From: Candidatus Bathyarchaeota archaeon
GTDB taxonomy: Archaea > Thermoproteota > Bathyarchaeia > Bathyarchaeales > Bathycorpusculaceae
NCBI GenBank assembly: GCA_963772455.1
Contig: CAVYXJ010000007.1
Span: forward strand, 224,001-288,000
Reading direction: 5' to 3'
DNA: 64,000 nucleotides
The notes beneath the pieces were generated by a model. The model was given only the letters and a program-made list of their open reading frames with translations. It did no database searches and was not told the DNA's origin. Made by a program: the position numbers and the translations under genes. Shown here piece by piece: positions 20,669-32,266 of the stretch; position 1 is the first letter of the stretch, and each line of letters starts with the position of its first letter.

Positions 20669-20793
20669 ATTTGATATCTCGTCGGTTTGTGTTTAGATCA
20701 AATTTGGAGATTTAAAGCTGTTATTGAAGTTGTTTGAAAAGATTTCAGCAGTCCCCTAATACAAAAGTTTTCTACAAATGACTGTGTTTTTCA

Positions 20794-21888
20794 TCAAGAT
20801 AGAATACTTATGTCTTTATTTAGAAAATTTCCATAATTTTCGGCGGCTTCTTTTATCTGATTAATTTTACTTTCATTAATTTTTTTAAATGGATTCAATT
20901 TAATTTCAACAGAGTTTTCTTTCAAAACTCGCTTCCAAGTGCCAACTGCTTTTCCATCCAAAATAATTACTGCTGTAAGAGCGTTACCCATTGAAATCAT
21001 TCGCTCAATGTCACGGTTTTTGCTAATATCGCTTCTATCTTTGTAAGCAATTATATATTCATCATATATTGATAACAAGAAAGCTTGTTGAGCTTTGCGT
21101 ATAGTTGAGGAATCACGTTCTTTATCGTTTGTTTCAGGGAAAAACCAATAGGTCTTCCCATTAAAGCTGGTTTGAGTTAGTTTTGGTTGGTTCAAGTTTA
21201 TTCCCTCAGCTGCATCTTTTGCGGGTAGTCCTGACCACCATGCAAAGTCTTTAGTTTGAGCGGGTCCGTGACTTGTGAAGTATTTCAATGCGAGCTTTGC
21301 TAATGCTTCTTCTCGAGTTAACTTCTTTTGTTCTGGCACTATTTCTTCAAGCAAAGCATAAGTGAATTGTTTACCTTTTCGGGGTCCGCTGCAAATTAAT
21401 GCGTTTAACTCTGCATATGCTAAAATGTGTGCAAGTCTTTGCCCTCGTGCAGGCGACATTTTTTTCTCAAGATAGTCTCCAAGCTCCGCTCTGGTTAGAT
21501 TTCTTTTTCCTTCCAATGCTTTTTCAATAACAGTTTGACTTTGAGAAAGCACTTCATTGGTTATGTTGAGTTTCTTGTTATAGGGTGCAAGTATTTTCTT
21601 AACCCGTGGACCGGTTAATTCAAGCATCCATCGAATGTCGTCTGGCAAAACAAAATGCCATGTGGGGCGCATTATATGAGTTCGTAAAAATTTTCCTTCA
21701 TTAAAGGATTTTTCAACTATTTCATCTGTTGCTTTTTGCATTCTCATGCCAACTGCCCATTTTGCAGCGGTAAAATCTTGTGATTGCACTGCACATAAAT
21801 GTGCAACTACATCTTCAGGGCTTCTAAAAGGAGAAGTACTTAGACCAGTATTGCTCAAACGAAGCCGCAGAATGTCCAGCGCTTTCAA
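20794..21888 (-). CDS. AlkZ/YcaQ-family (HTH_42) DNA glycosylase
   Basis: VQSQD, RTHIMRPTWH, ICSGP, HGPAQTKDFAWWSGL, YDEYIIAYKDR. Confidence 0.88.
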   Translation of the reverse strand: MKALDILRLRLSNTGLSTSPFRSPEDVVAHLCAVQSQDFTAAKWAVGMRMQKATDEIVEKSFNEGKFLRTHIMRPTWHFVLPDDIRWMLELTGPRVKKILAPYNKKLNITNEVLSQSQTVIEKALEGKRNLTRAELGDYLEKKMSPARGQRLAHILAYAELNALICSGPRKGKQFTYALLEEIVPEQKKLTREEALAKLALKYFTSHGPAQTKDFAWWSGLPAKDAAEGINLNQPKLTQTSFNGKTYWFFPETNDKERDSSTIRKAQQAFLLSIYDEYIIAYKDRSDISKNRDIERMISMGNALTAVIILDGKAVGTWKRVLKENSVEIKLNPFKKINESKINQIKEAAENYGNFLNKDISILS

Positions 21889-21952
21889 TAATTCATGATC
21901 CTTTTTACGTTCCTTCTAAAAAAATATGGTTGATGGATGACTTTTAGTTATT

Positions 21953-22357
21953 TTATGGAGAGGGTGTTGTCATCTCTGGTTGTATCAATCCAAAAGCGTT
22001 GCCTTCAGGATCAGCCGCGATGGCAATTGAGCCAACTGTGGGAACTTTCTGCTTGGGCATCAGGATTTTTCCTCCTGCAATGGTTACTTTTGTGATATAT
22101 TCGTCAATATTTTCAACGCTAATGTAGTTTACTTGAGTAGCTTCTGGCATATCTGGAGTCCTTGAGTAAAGACCACCATTAACACCAGGACGCTGCAGCA
22201 TACCATTTTCATCTGTTGGAACTGTTTGAATGAGCCAATAATCCGTACCGCCCAGGGGGGCTTTGATTATTTTCCAGCCTAAAACAGCTTCATAGAAACT
22301 TTTAAGCGTCTCAACATTTTTAGCTGGAATCTCAAAATGAATGATAGTATGATCCAA
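21953..22357 (-). CDS. VOC/glyoxalase family protein
   Basis: HFEIPA, FYEAVLGW, GVNGGL, DPEGNAFGL. Confidence 0.9.
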   Translation of the reverse strand: MDHTIIHFEIPAKNVETLKSFYEAVLGWKIIKAPLGGTDYWLIQTVPTDENGMLQRPGVNGGLYSRTPDMPEATQVNYISVENIDEYITKVTIAGGKILMPKQKVPTVGSIAIAADPEGNAFGLIQPEMTTPSP

Positions 22358-22512
22358 TTACGCTTTCAACTCCAAAATGTTTTGTTTTCTTAAAAATTCG
22401 GAAACTTATAATAATTCAAAAGCCGCCGTATGATTTATTTTTTTCGCAAACTGAAAAATAACAAATTTCAAAACCTTTGTTTTTTTAAAAGTAGTTTTAT
22501 TGAAGAATCAAA

Positions 22513-25500
22513 TTATTGCTTCTTCTCAGATTTAACATATACTTCAACTTTTACTGATGCCGCTTCTTTTCCTATAAGCTCTGATAATTTGCCTGTCCAT
22601 TGGGCCTTTGAATCAGCTGTAAACCCAACTGTCTGGGCTATCCCACGCCACAAAAGTGCTTTGTCATAATCTTTGGCGTCTTGTGGCATGAACTCAAAAA
22701 TTGATCTACTTGCGATGATAACCAATTTCTTCTTCATTCGTGAAATCGCTACGTTAATTCTGTTCAGATTAAGCAGAAAGTCGCTTTCACTGCGAACGTA
22801 GTCAGGGTCGCTTACGGTTGAAGAGATTATTATGAAGCTTGCTTCACCTCCTTGATAACGTTCAACTGTGTCAACTCTGGCGTTTTCACAGCCCTCCGAA
22901 AGCATATTCTTTAACAGACCTTTCTGGGCGTTATGTGGAGTAATCACACCAATGCCTTCGGATTTGACGTTACGGACCAAAGCTTCAACAATCGAAGCTT
23001 CCACTAAGTTAGATTGGAAACTCTCTGCTTCATCATGAACAATTAAGACGAAAACGTTCTCGGGCTCTAAAACCACTGCCAAACCATCAGTATTAGTATT
23101 CGAAGCTTCCAATGTTTGTTTTTGGTCTGAGCGAAAATCAATCTTATCTTTTTCATAAACCCATTCCCTCAAGAATTCTGCCACGATCGAGTGGCACCTG
23201 TGGCTTTCACAAAGTCGTTCTGCAGGAATATTTGCGGGATGTTTGCAACTGATCCTTTCAATGCCAAGGTCTTCTTGGCGAAGTAAACGTAGGAAATCCA
23301 TAGCTGATAAGAAAGATGCCATTTCTTCGAGTGTTCTACGGTCTTCTTTTTCCCAGTTGTGTGCTTGAATTGGAGGTAGTTGTCGATGGTCACCTGCAAC
23401 GAGGATTTGGCTACTTTTAGAAAGGAATGAACCTGATAAAATGAGCTCGGGTAACCTCATCATACTTGCTTCGTCAACGACCAGTAAGTCAAAGAATGCT
23501 TCTCCCCAAGGTGGCTCTGAGTCTCCAATCTTCTTCATTAAACCATACAAGCCAGGAGGAGTTAAACATAGAATTAGGGGTTCAGAACCACAAGTTTTAG
23601 GCGTTAATGATTCTTGATTCATCAAGCTATCTGTGAGTTCTTTAATGGTCTCTTCATCTTCGTTATAGTTGACGTATTTGACTCCTTCAATGGATTTGGC
23701 TAAAGAAACGGAGCTGCTTAGAACTCGGTAAATATTTAGGTCTTTTAAGTCGTTACCGCCTTCTCTGCAATATTCTTGCCAACATCTTGCGAGTTTACTA
23801 ACGAACTCTTGAATGGCTTTGTGGGTTGGAGCAACCATTAAAACTCGGCATCTTGACTTGGCTCTATGTGCGGCGACATGCGCTAATACTGCTAACTGTA
23901 AAGTCTCTGTTTTTCCCGTACCAGGAGGACCTTGAAGCATAACAATTTGTTCTTTAGCAAAAACGCGTTCGATGAAACGTTGTTGCTCAGCTTTAGGTGA
24001 AAAGCGCCTGCTTGCAACCCACCTCAAAAATTGAGATGCACCTTCCCTTGGCAAAGCAATATGCGAAGAGAATTCAGGTTTGCCTGCTAAGAAATTAGCC
24101 AATAAACCATATAATACGTTGTTGCCTGCATAATCAAGGCACTTAGCTGCCCGATCAGAAATAATGTCATCCGCCAATTCGTCCAAAATGTAAATTCTTC
24201 CAACTTCAAATAGCTGCATATACTTATTTTTGGCTTTTTCCGGGTCTGTTGTTGGAAGATTGTGCCATGCGCTATATTTTCTGCCTTTTCCACTTGGCCA
24301 ACTAACTACGTTAATAATTATCTCGGATTTTCGAACGTCTACTTTGTCAACGATAGCTCGGGCCGATTTTTCAACTTCAGACGGGGAGCGTTTTTGGGCT
24401 TCCTCAAACTGCCCCTGACCATTACGCTTGAGCTCGGTTACAACCATCCAGTCGCCTGAGCTTGATCCATCTGCGCCTTTAACTCTGCAAGCGTTAGCAA
24501 TGCAATTAACTTTTGGCAACCCTATGCCTTCGTAAACAAGTTTTCCTTTGACCAGAAAATCTTTTTCAGATTCTGTAACGCCTGTGACCTCAAAAATTAG
24601 CGATCTACCAGAAGCTACTCGTTGATAGGGAAGTAAAGCGTAATGCTGATACATTTCTTGGCGTTTAGAGAAATACTCTAAGTCAAGAAACTCTCTACAG
24701 CTTCGTTCCAATGTTGCTATGCCCAATGTGAATTCTGAAATTTTTGGAATTGTAATTGGCTTCTTTCCTAATCTCCTGTTGCGAATTGACAATGACCGTT
24801 CGATATGTTCAAGCGCCATGCAAATCTTCGAGCCCATTAAAGTGAGTTCCTCATCAGAAATTCGACGGGTTCGCTGGGTATAATCGCACCATTTGCGCTT
24901 TTCAAGCATAACTTTCGCGGTGCCTTTTTCTTCATAATTGTCTAAGCGACCTTTAGCAGCCCATAAGTATTCAATTGGAATTTGATTGCTGAATCGGGCC
25001 CGTGCAGGATAATATCCATCTTTGGGGTCGTATTCTTTTCTAAGAAAAGAAATTGTTCCATTTGGGTTTCTGTGGTAAGGAAGAGAATAATTAAACATTC
25101 CATCACGGAAAACCAAACGTAAATCAACTAAAGAGCCATCTTGACGTTTGGATATCCAGTTTTTGTTGTCAAAAAAACTTGATTGTTCAAGAATTGGCAG
25201 GAGTCCAGAGCTGGCAAACTTTAGGGCTTTTCTATGAATGACTTCGTCTTGGAGGATTGAGAACATTGGTTGGTCGATGGCTTGTCTTAGTCCTAAAAGG
25301 TCTCTGATTGCTCTTGCGCTCATAAGAGTGGGTTGGCGTCGTACAGCTTCCATTAGAAAGTCTCGTTCGCCTCGACTGAAGAAATAAAGGTGAATTGGAG
25401 CTTCTTCGGGGCTACCTACTTCGATAGCTATTTTTGTTATTGCTTGGGTAAGGGCTTGGAAGAAGGTTTCCAACAGTTTCTTTTCTTCTTCTAAACATGA

Positions 25501-26843
25501 TTTTCGGTCGTCTGGAAGACTACCAATAACATTCGAAACACTCAACGGCTCTCCCTTATATCGGGTGCAATTTACCCTTGCACTAATCATCGAAATGACG
25601 TCCAGCATGTAGTCTCTTTCGACAAAAAGGTAAATTCGAATCATGCCGTCTGGATTAAAAGTAAGGGCTGAATCCATTCCAGCGGATGGACTGTCCTCAG
25701 GAAGACCTCCATAACCAGTTCCAGTTAACCAGGGCATCCATCTACTCTTGCTGGCAAACCGACTGCTAGGTCGAATTCCCCCTAACATATATTGGGCGCG
25801 TTGAACAAGCCAGTCCAATTTAGCGCCTACAACTCGGTCAGTCGCAATTTGATTGACCTTCTCTGGATCTTTGTCTGGAAGACTTGTGAAATCGTATGGA
25901 CGTAAATCGCTATTGTCTTTGACAACTTTTAGTTTTGCCAAATCCTCCAAATGTTCAATACCGTAATGACTAAGAGCCCTCTGCTCGCCTCTACTCAAAT
26001 TAAGCAACGCTATGCTTTCGTTTTCAGTAGTGCAGATAATGCAGTATTCATTAAACCCGCAGTTCTCACATCTTCCTCCAAGTTGATATTCAACTTTTGA
26101 TAGAGGAGTTTCGCGAACCCGATTCAACTCACCATTTTTAGCGAGTAGACGCTCAACATCCTGAATTAAGGGACTAAGTTTGAATTTTGGAAGACACTCG
26201 GGATCAAGACTTTCCAAACTTGTTTCTCTATTTATCACTCCTCCTTCCAAATCAATTTTTGATGAGAGACTGCTTAATTCTTTGGAAAGAAGCAAAACGT
26301 AGATTGCTACTTGTATTCGATGAGCAGTTTGTTCCATCCATGATGATTTGAGCTCAAAAATCCTAACCTTAACTTTTCCGTTTCTGATAGGCCAAATAGC
26401 AATCAAATCGGCAATGCCCTTAATTTTCCAGACCCCTATTTGACCAGTCATAGGGACTTGATACAACAAAATTGGTTTGTAATCTTCCTTTTCTTGGCAA
26501 GAAATCTGAGCTTCAATTAATCTCCTATTATGTTATTGAAAGAAGAATTTTCGTTTTCTATATACTTGTTGAAATCGTGGTATTCGGCTGCTTTTTCTTT
26601 GAGTTCTGCTACTTTTTTAGCTTCAAGCTCTTTGCCTGCACCATAGAGCAACGGACTGATAGGTTTGAATGCTTCTGGCCATTTGCGGCTATCTGCCTCT
26701 TCATCGTCGTCAAGTTTTAGTTTAAAGAAGCGTGGGCAGCAGTTGAAACGGATGTATTCAGCGATTCCGGAGGCAGTTAAGGAGTCTTTGCTTCGCTTCT
26801 TTTTGTGCAAATTCTCTAAATTTAGATTGTCATCGCTGCTCAT
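22513..26843 (-). CDS. Dna2-like protein: Cas4/RecB-type Fe-S nuclease fused to an SF1 (DNA2/NAM7) helicase; one frameshift near 26520
   Basis: N-terminal CCPRF, GIADLI...FELKSS, QVAIY, CENCGFNEYC; helicase QGPPGTGKT, DEASM, GDHRQLPP, TVERYQGGE, NRINVAISR. Confidence 0.85.
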
Positions 26844-27065
26844 TTCATTGCTGACTCTTTCTGAAATGCTCTCAAATTAAACTGGATTGAGGATTATTGT
26901 ATGTACCTCGACTTGTGCTTAAAGACGTTACCTAAAAAAACGAATCTTAGAAGAAAAAAAGATTTTTGGACTTTTCTGTTCCTACAAAATTTCCGGGTCA
27001 AAGCTGGATAATTTAAGAAGGTTTATTTAGAAAAAATTCTTTTTTAATAGTTATCAAGAGAAAAG

Positions 27066-29865
27066 ATGAATCTTGAAAAAATAGGAGAAGAAAAAATGCA
27101 AATTCTAAAAAATAAAACTATGGTTATTTTGATTGTTTCAATCCTTATGATTTCAATGAGTGCATCAATGATACTTACACCAAGCGCTGACGCTCATACA
27201 CCACCATGGACTATTGTTTCCTATGCCTATCTTGTTGCTTCCCCTAACCCCGTGGGTGTAGGTCAAGCTACAGCGATTGTCATGTGGATCGATACTCCAA
27301 TGGTTGGAGCAACTGTGACAAACGACGTTAGACGCCATGATTACACTTTGACAATTACAAAGCCCGATGGAAAAAACGAAACCAAACATTGGGACATCGT
27401 CACTGACTCAACAAGCGTACAGTATCTTCAATATACTCCGGATAAGTCGGTGATCTATACATTCAAGTTTGTCTATCCAGGTCAAAACTACACTTGGACT
27501 TCAAGCACTCCTGGAGCAAACCAGCTATACGGGCGACGTAATTAAAGGCGCAAGTCGAACAATCAATATGACTGTTCAGCAAGAACCAGTTCCTGCAGCA
27601 CTTAGACAGTTATCCTCTTCCAACTGAGTACTGGACACGCCCAATTGAAGGACAAAACACCTATTGGTATACAATCTCGTCTAACTGGCTGGGTACACCT
27701 TACAACATTGGCTCTAACGCAGGCAACCATGGACCCGGCGGACACCAAGACTATGGCATAGCTCCCAACAGTGCACACATAATGTGGACTAAACCAATTC
27801 AGTATCGGAGGACTTGTTGGAGGAAACGGCACAGCTGTCCCTGGAGAAATGTTTTATTCTGGACTCTCTTACAACGGCAGGTTTGCCAATCCATTAATCA
27901 TGTATGGCACACTCTATTACCAAGAACCTTGGGGTAATGCAGCTACCGGCGGCGACTATGTTGCAGTTAATCTACAAACTGGAAAAGAGGTCTGGCGCAT
28001 AAACGCATCAGCCACAGGCGTTTCACTTGTACCATCTTTTGGCTACCTTTATTCACTTGAAACTCCAAACCAACACGGAGTACTACCAAACGGCTTACTC
28101 ATAGCACCCACAACTTCATACACTGGCTTAGGAACAACTTGGAGAACATATGACCCACGTTCAGGCGTACTAACAACCATGAACATCACAAACGTTCCAG
28201 GCGGCACAAATTTTGCTGGACCTCAGGCGAATATCTAAAATACATTATAACAAATCTTGGAACGACTGCAAATCCCAACTGGTACTTAGCGCAGTGGAAT
28301 TCATCCAAAGTCTTCGGCTTAGAAATTGGAACAGCTGCTGGCAACTGGTATTCTGGAAACATTCCTGGAAATACGCCTTTCAACTACACTTCACTAGGAA
28401 CCAACAATAACTGGAACGGAACAATGTGGGTTAACAGCACTGTTCGGGCAGCTCAAGGATATTCAGCAGTATCAACTCCCGCATACGATTGGAACGTATC
28501 ACTATCGACGCTTAAGGGAGGAAGCTGGACTGTTGGAGGAGCAGACAATAACGTAATTCCTCTAATCATACAAGGCGACAAAATGATTCTGATCCAAGGG
28601 ACATTCGGAGATCATGCTGGCTTTGCTGGAACCATTACAGCAGCTATGACAACTGACCCGGCAAATGTCACAGCCATTAGCTTGAACCCACAAACACGCG
28701 GAAATGTTCTTTGGGCAAAAAGCTTCGACCAAGCTCCTGGCAACGTAACACGAACAATTGCTGACTGGGATCCAACCAACAATGTTTTCATTTTCGAAGA
28801 CAAAGAAACTTTTGCACACTACGGCTACAGCCTCTCAACTGGAGAACGGGTATGGGGTCCAACAACAGTTCCAGAAGACTCTACAGCTGATTGGAACTAT
28901 TTCAGCTTAGATACTGATACGGTCGGATATGGCAAATTATTCTACACTGGTTACAGTGGTATTGTGTATGCTTATGATACCAGCAATGGCAACTTGCTTT
29001 GGACCTATGGAAACGGTGGTGCAGGCAACAGCACGGAGCAGCGGCTTCGAAACAGCATACGGCAGATACCCAATAACAGTGAGCGCAATTGCAGATGGAA
29101 AAATCTTCTTACGAACTACCGAACACTCACCTAACTCGCCACTCTTCAAAGGCTCCCTGATGCGTGCTATTAACGTCACCGATGGAACAGAAATATGGAC
29201 AATCCCAGATTGGGGCAACATAATGTATGGTGGTGTAACACCGATTGCTGACGGCATCTTAACTGGCGCTCAACACCTACGATAGCCAAATCTACGCTTA
29301 CGGCAAAGGACCAAGTGCACTAACAGTGGAAGCACCAAAGGCATCTATTGAACTGGGCAGATCACTTGTCATCAGCGGCATGGTCACTGACATTGCAGCA
29401 GGCACAAAACAAATCGAGCAGGCAGCACGCTTCCCCAATGGAGTTCCAGCAGTCTCAGACGCAAGCCAAAGCGCATGGATGCAATACGTTTACATGCAAA
29501 AACCAAAACCAACCGACGTCACAGGAGTCACTGTATCAATTAACGTAATAGATTCAAACAACAACAACCGCAACATAGGCACGACAACAAGTGATTCAAG
29601 CGGTGCATTCAGCTTCCAATGGACTCCAGACATACAAGGCAAATACACAGTCATCGCAACTTTCGCAGGATCTGAATCATACTATCCATCTTCCTCAGAA
29701 ACTAGCTTCGCAGTTGACCCAGACGCACCAACAGCAGCACCAACAGCAACACCAATACAATCAACTATGGTTGATCAATACTTTGTTCCTGCAGTTGCAG
29801 GTATCATTGCAGCAATCGCCATAGGCTTTGCCATAACCATACTAGTGCTTAGAAAAAGACCGTAA
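27066..29865 (+). CDS. PQQ-like beta-propeller surface protein with C-terminal TM anchor, split by multiple frameshifts
   Basis: Signal peptide, PNPVGVGQ, repeats such as VNLQTGKEVW / YSLSTGERVW / YDTSNGNLLWTY / INVTDGTEIW, RFPNGVPAVSD, P/T linker, TM, LRKRP. Confidence 0.85.
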
Positions 29866-29887
29866 ATAGCCATCAATCAATAACCAA

Positions 29888-29902
29888 CTTTTTCTTTTTT
29901 TT
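29888..29902 (+). terminator. Putative oligo-T terminator after the surface protein gene
   Basis: T-rich tract about 25 nt after the stop codon. Confidence 0.4.
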
Positions 29903-29939
29903 AATATTAATTCTATTAAGAATATTTCCTGATAATTAG

Positions 29940-30137
29940 TCACGCTTTTATCAATAGAGGAACCATCAGTTGTAACGGTTCATTCGCAGTTCTTATTTTA
30001 TGTTCCAAATCTATTCGAAGATGACAACTTTCTTTCACAATACAATACTCGCAGCTTATTGTTTCTTTTTTGGTTTGGCAATCAATTACTATTTGGGCAA
30101 ACATACTCTTAACCTCGGGAAACCACACATAGAGCAA
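29940..30137 (-). CDS. Small hypothetical protein with Cys motif
   Basis: 65-aa ORF, C...CEYC....C; start uncertain. Confidence 0.4.
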   Translation of the reverse strand: MLYVWFPEVKSMFAQIVIDCQTKKETISCEYCIVKESCHLRIDLEHKIRTANEPLQLMVPLLIKA

Positions 30138-30735
30138 AGCCCGCTTATAGGCAATGTCAACTATGCAACGGCATTTTCAGCAAGGGGCTTTTTAATTTCT
30201 GTTGGTTGTATTGCACATGAAAATGTTCAAAAAATTTTTTTTTAGTGCGACAAAGATCAATAATGAACTTAATAGTTTTGAATTCTGTAGTTGTTGCATC
30301 AGGTGTGCAGCGTGCAGTTGCAACAACAATAACATCAACTACTCCTCAAATGCAATGTTGTCTATATGGCAGCTAAAGTTTGCTTTTGGTAGATGTAACA
30401 TTTGTGTAAAATGTTGTTGCATCAGCATCAGTTGCATCTTCTCCACTCCCGTTTTTACTATTGTTCCAATTAGCGTTCTTAGCAGCGTTGACGATGTCGG
30501 CTGCTGGTTTGAAAATTAAACCGTTTAACTTGGGTTCATCTCTGAAAGATAACACCCAACCACAATTTCAGAAGTGTCATCATCATTATCATCATCATCT
30601 TCTAAAGCTCCTCTTCAATTGATCAGCCTTTACTACACTCAGATTCGTAAGATCAAAAAGACAAATCAATTCAAAGTAAATTAAGAATCTCATTGCCTGT
30701 GAATAATAATTCAATACGTTCATTTTGACCTGAAA

Positions 30736-31071
30736 TTACTTGGGCTTTTTGAGCTCTACATATATTTTTCCGTCTTCGATTTTGCATCGGTAAGTTTGCA
30801 ACGCCGTTAGGGGGTTTTCGGTGTACTGTCCGTTGCGTACGTCGTATTTCCATCCATGGCAGGGACACATCAAAATGTAATCGGTTAGTATGCCTCCCTC
30901 TAAGGAGCAACCCATATGGAGGCAACGGTTGAAAAGACCGAATACTTCGCTGTTCTTTCGCACCAATAAAATCGGGTTGCCTTTAACTCGAACGGCTTTC
31001 ATATGACCCTCTAAGAGCTCGCGTTCTTTAATGGAAGAAGCATATCCGTCTTTGTTCAAGAATCTCACCAT
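30736..31071 (-). CDS. Rieske [2Fe-2S] ferredoxin
   Basis: CLH...CPCHGWKYD motifs. Confidence 0.9.
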   Translation of the reverse strand: MVRFLNKDGYASSIKERELLEGHMKAVRVKGNPILLVRKNSEVFGLFNRCLHMGCSLEGGILTDYILMCPCHGWKYDVRNGQYTENPLTALQTYRCKIEDGKIYVELKKPK

Positions 31072-31126
31072 CGTTAAGAAGATTCAAACACTGTTAAAAA
31101 CGCGTCGAATTTTGTGAAAAAGAAGT

Positions 31127-32266
31127 TTAGCTGCTTATTTGTTTTTGGCTTTCCACCTTGTTATTGTAGAGCTCAGCTAGCTTCAATATAGTTTCTTTGT
31201 AGACTGAAATGGCATCCAAATATTCCTTCACCTCAATATTTTCTTCTAACGTGTGATCGAGGTGTGAGTCGCCTGGTCCATACGTGACGATGGGCAGATT
31301 CATTGCTTTACCCAGAATATTCATGTCGCCTGTTCCTGTTTTGTGGAGAAGCGTCGCTGGTTTATTTAGCACTTTTCGAACAGACGAAGCCAACACATGG
31401 ACAAGGGGTGAAGCCTTGTTTACTTCAAACGGCTCGACGGTGTCAAGAACGGTTGCTTTCACGGAGACCCTTGGGTTGGCAGCTTGGTACTTGGTTATTA
31501 TCTTCTGTATTTGCTCAAAAACTTGATCGGTTGAGAATTGTATTGGTACTCGTACGTCTAGGTTCATTTCTGCTTCGAAGGGAACAACGGAGGTGGCTCT
31601 TCCGCCGACAAGTTTTACTAAACAGGCTGTGACAGCGTTGTATGGGCTTGCCGAGGGATCTAGCGAGGGGTAGGAAGATGCATTTTTGATTTGTTCCCAA
31701 ACCTCAATGGCTTTCTCCAATGAGTTATCATAGAGCCAAGGAGTTGAAGCATGCCCTGTCTCAGTTTTGAGGACGATTCTAAGTTGGATTTGCCCCTTAT
31801 AGCCTATGGTTACGTTTTCGACGCCGCTAGGTTCACCAAAGATGGCGTAGTCAGCTGTTATTCCTTGAGTGATTAGGTGTTTGACTCCTCGACTGGTTGC
31901 TTCTTCTTCTACGACAGCGGCAACCAATATTTTTCCTTTAAACCCAGTTTCTGTAGAAGCTGCAAGTGCAGCCATAATCATTGCGGCAAGGGGACCCTTC
32001 GCGTCAACGGCGCCTCGAGCATAAATTTTGCCTTCTTCTATTCGAAGCGGCAGGTGCCCAGCCACTGTGTCCATGTGACCGCATAACAAGATAACGGGCT
32101 CGCCATCGCCCACGACGCCAATAACATTGCCAATGGCGTCCTTGCCGACTTCAAAACCCATCTTTTTCATTTCTGATTCTAAGAAGTTGGCTGCGTCCCC
32201 TTCTTTTCCTGAGGGGCTATAGATTCCTAGAAGGTTAGTTAGGAACCGTACTGCTTGCTCGCTCAT
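31127..32266 (-). CDS. lysK: [LysW]-lysine/ornithine hydrolase (M20 family)
   Basis: GHMDTV, GRG-like ARGAVDAKG, EEE, GEPS, GTGDMN, YGPGDS; lysW operon context. Confidence 0.9.
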   Translation of the reverse strand: MSEQAVRFLTNLLGIYSPSGKEGDAANFLESEMKKMGFEVGKDAIGNVIGVVGDGEPVILLCGHMDTVAGHLPLRIEEGKIYARGAVDAKGPLAAMIMAALAASTETGFKGKILVAAVVEEEATSRGVKHLITQGITADYAIFGEPSGVENVTIGYKGQIQLRIVLKTETGHASTPWLYDNSLEKAIEVWEQIKNASSYPSLDPSASPYNAVTACLVKLVGGRATSVVPFEAEMNLDVRVPIQFSTDQVFEQIQKIITKYQAANPRVSVKATVLDTVEPFEVNKASPLVHVLASSVRKVLNKPATLLHKTGTGDMNILGKAMNLPIVTYGPGDSHLDHTLEENIEVKEYLDAISVYKETILKLAELYNNKVESQKQISS

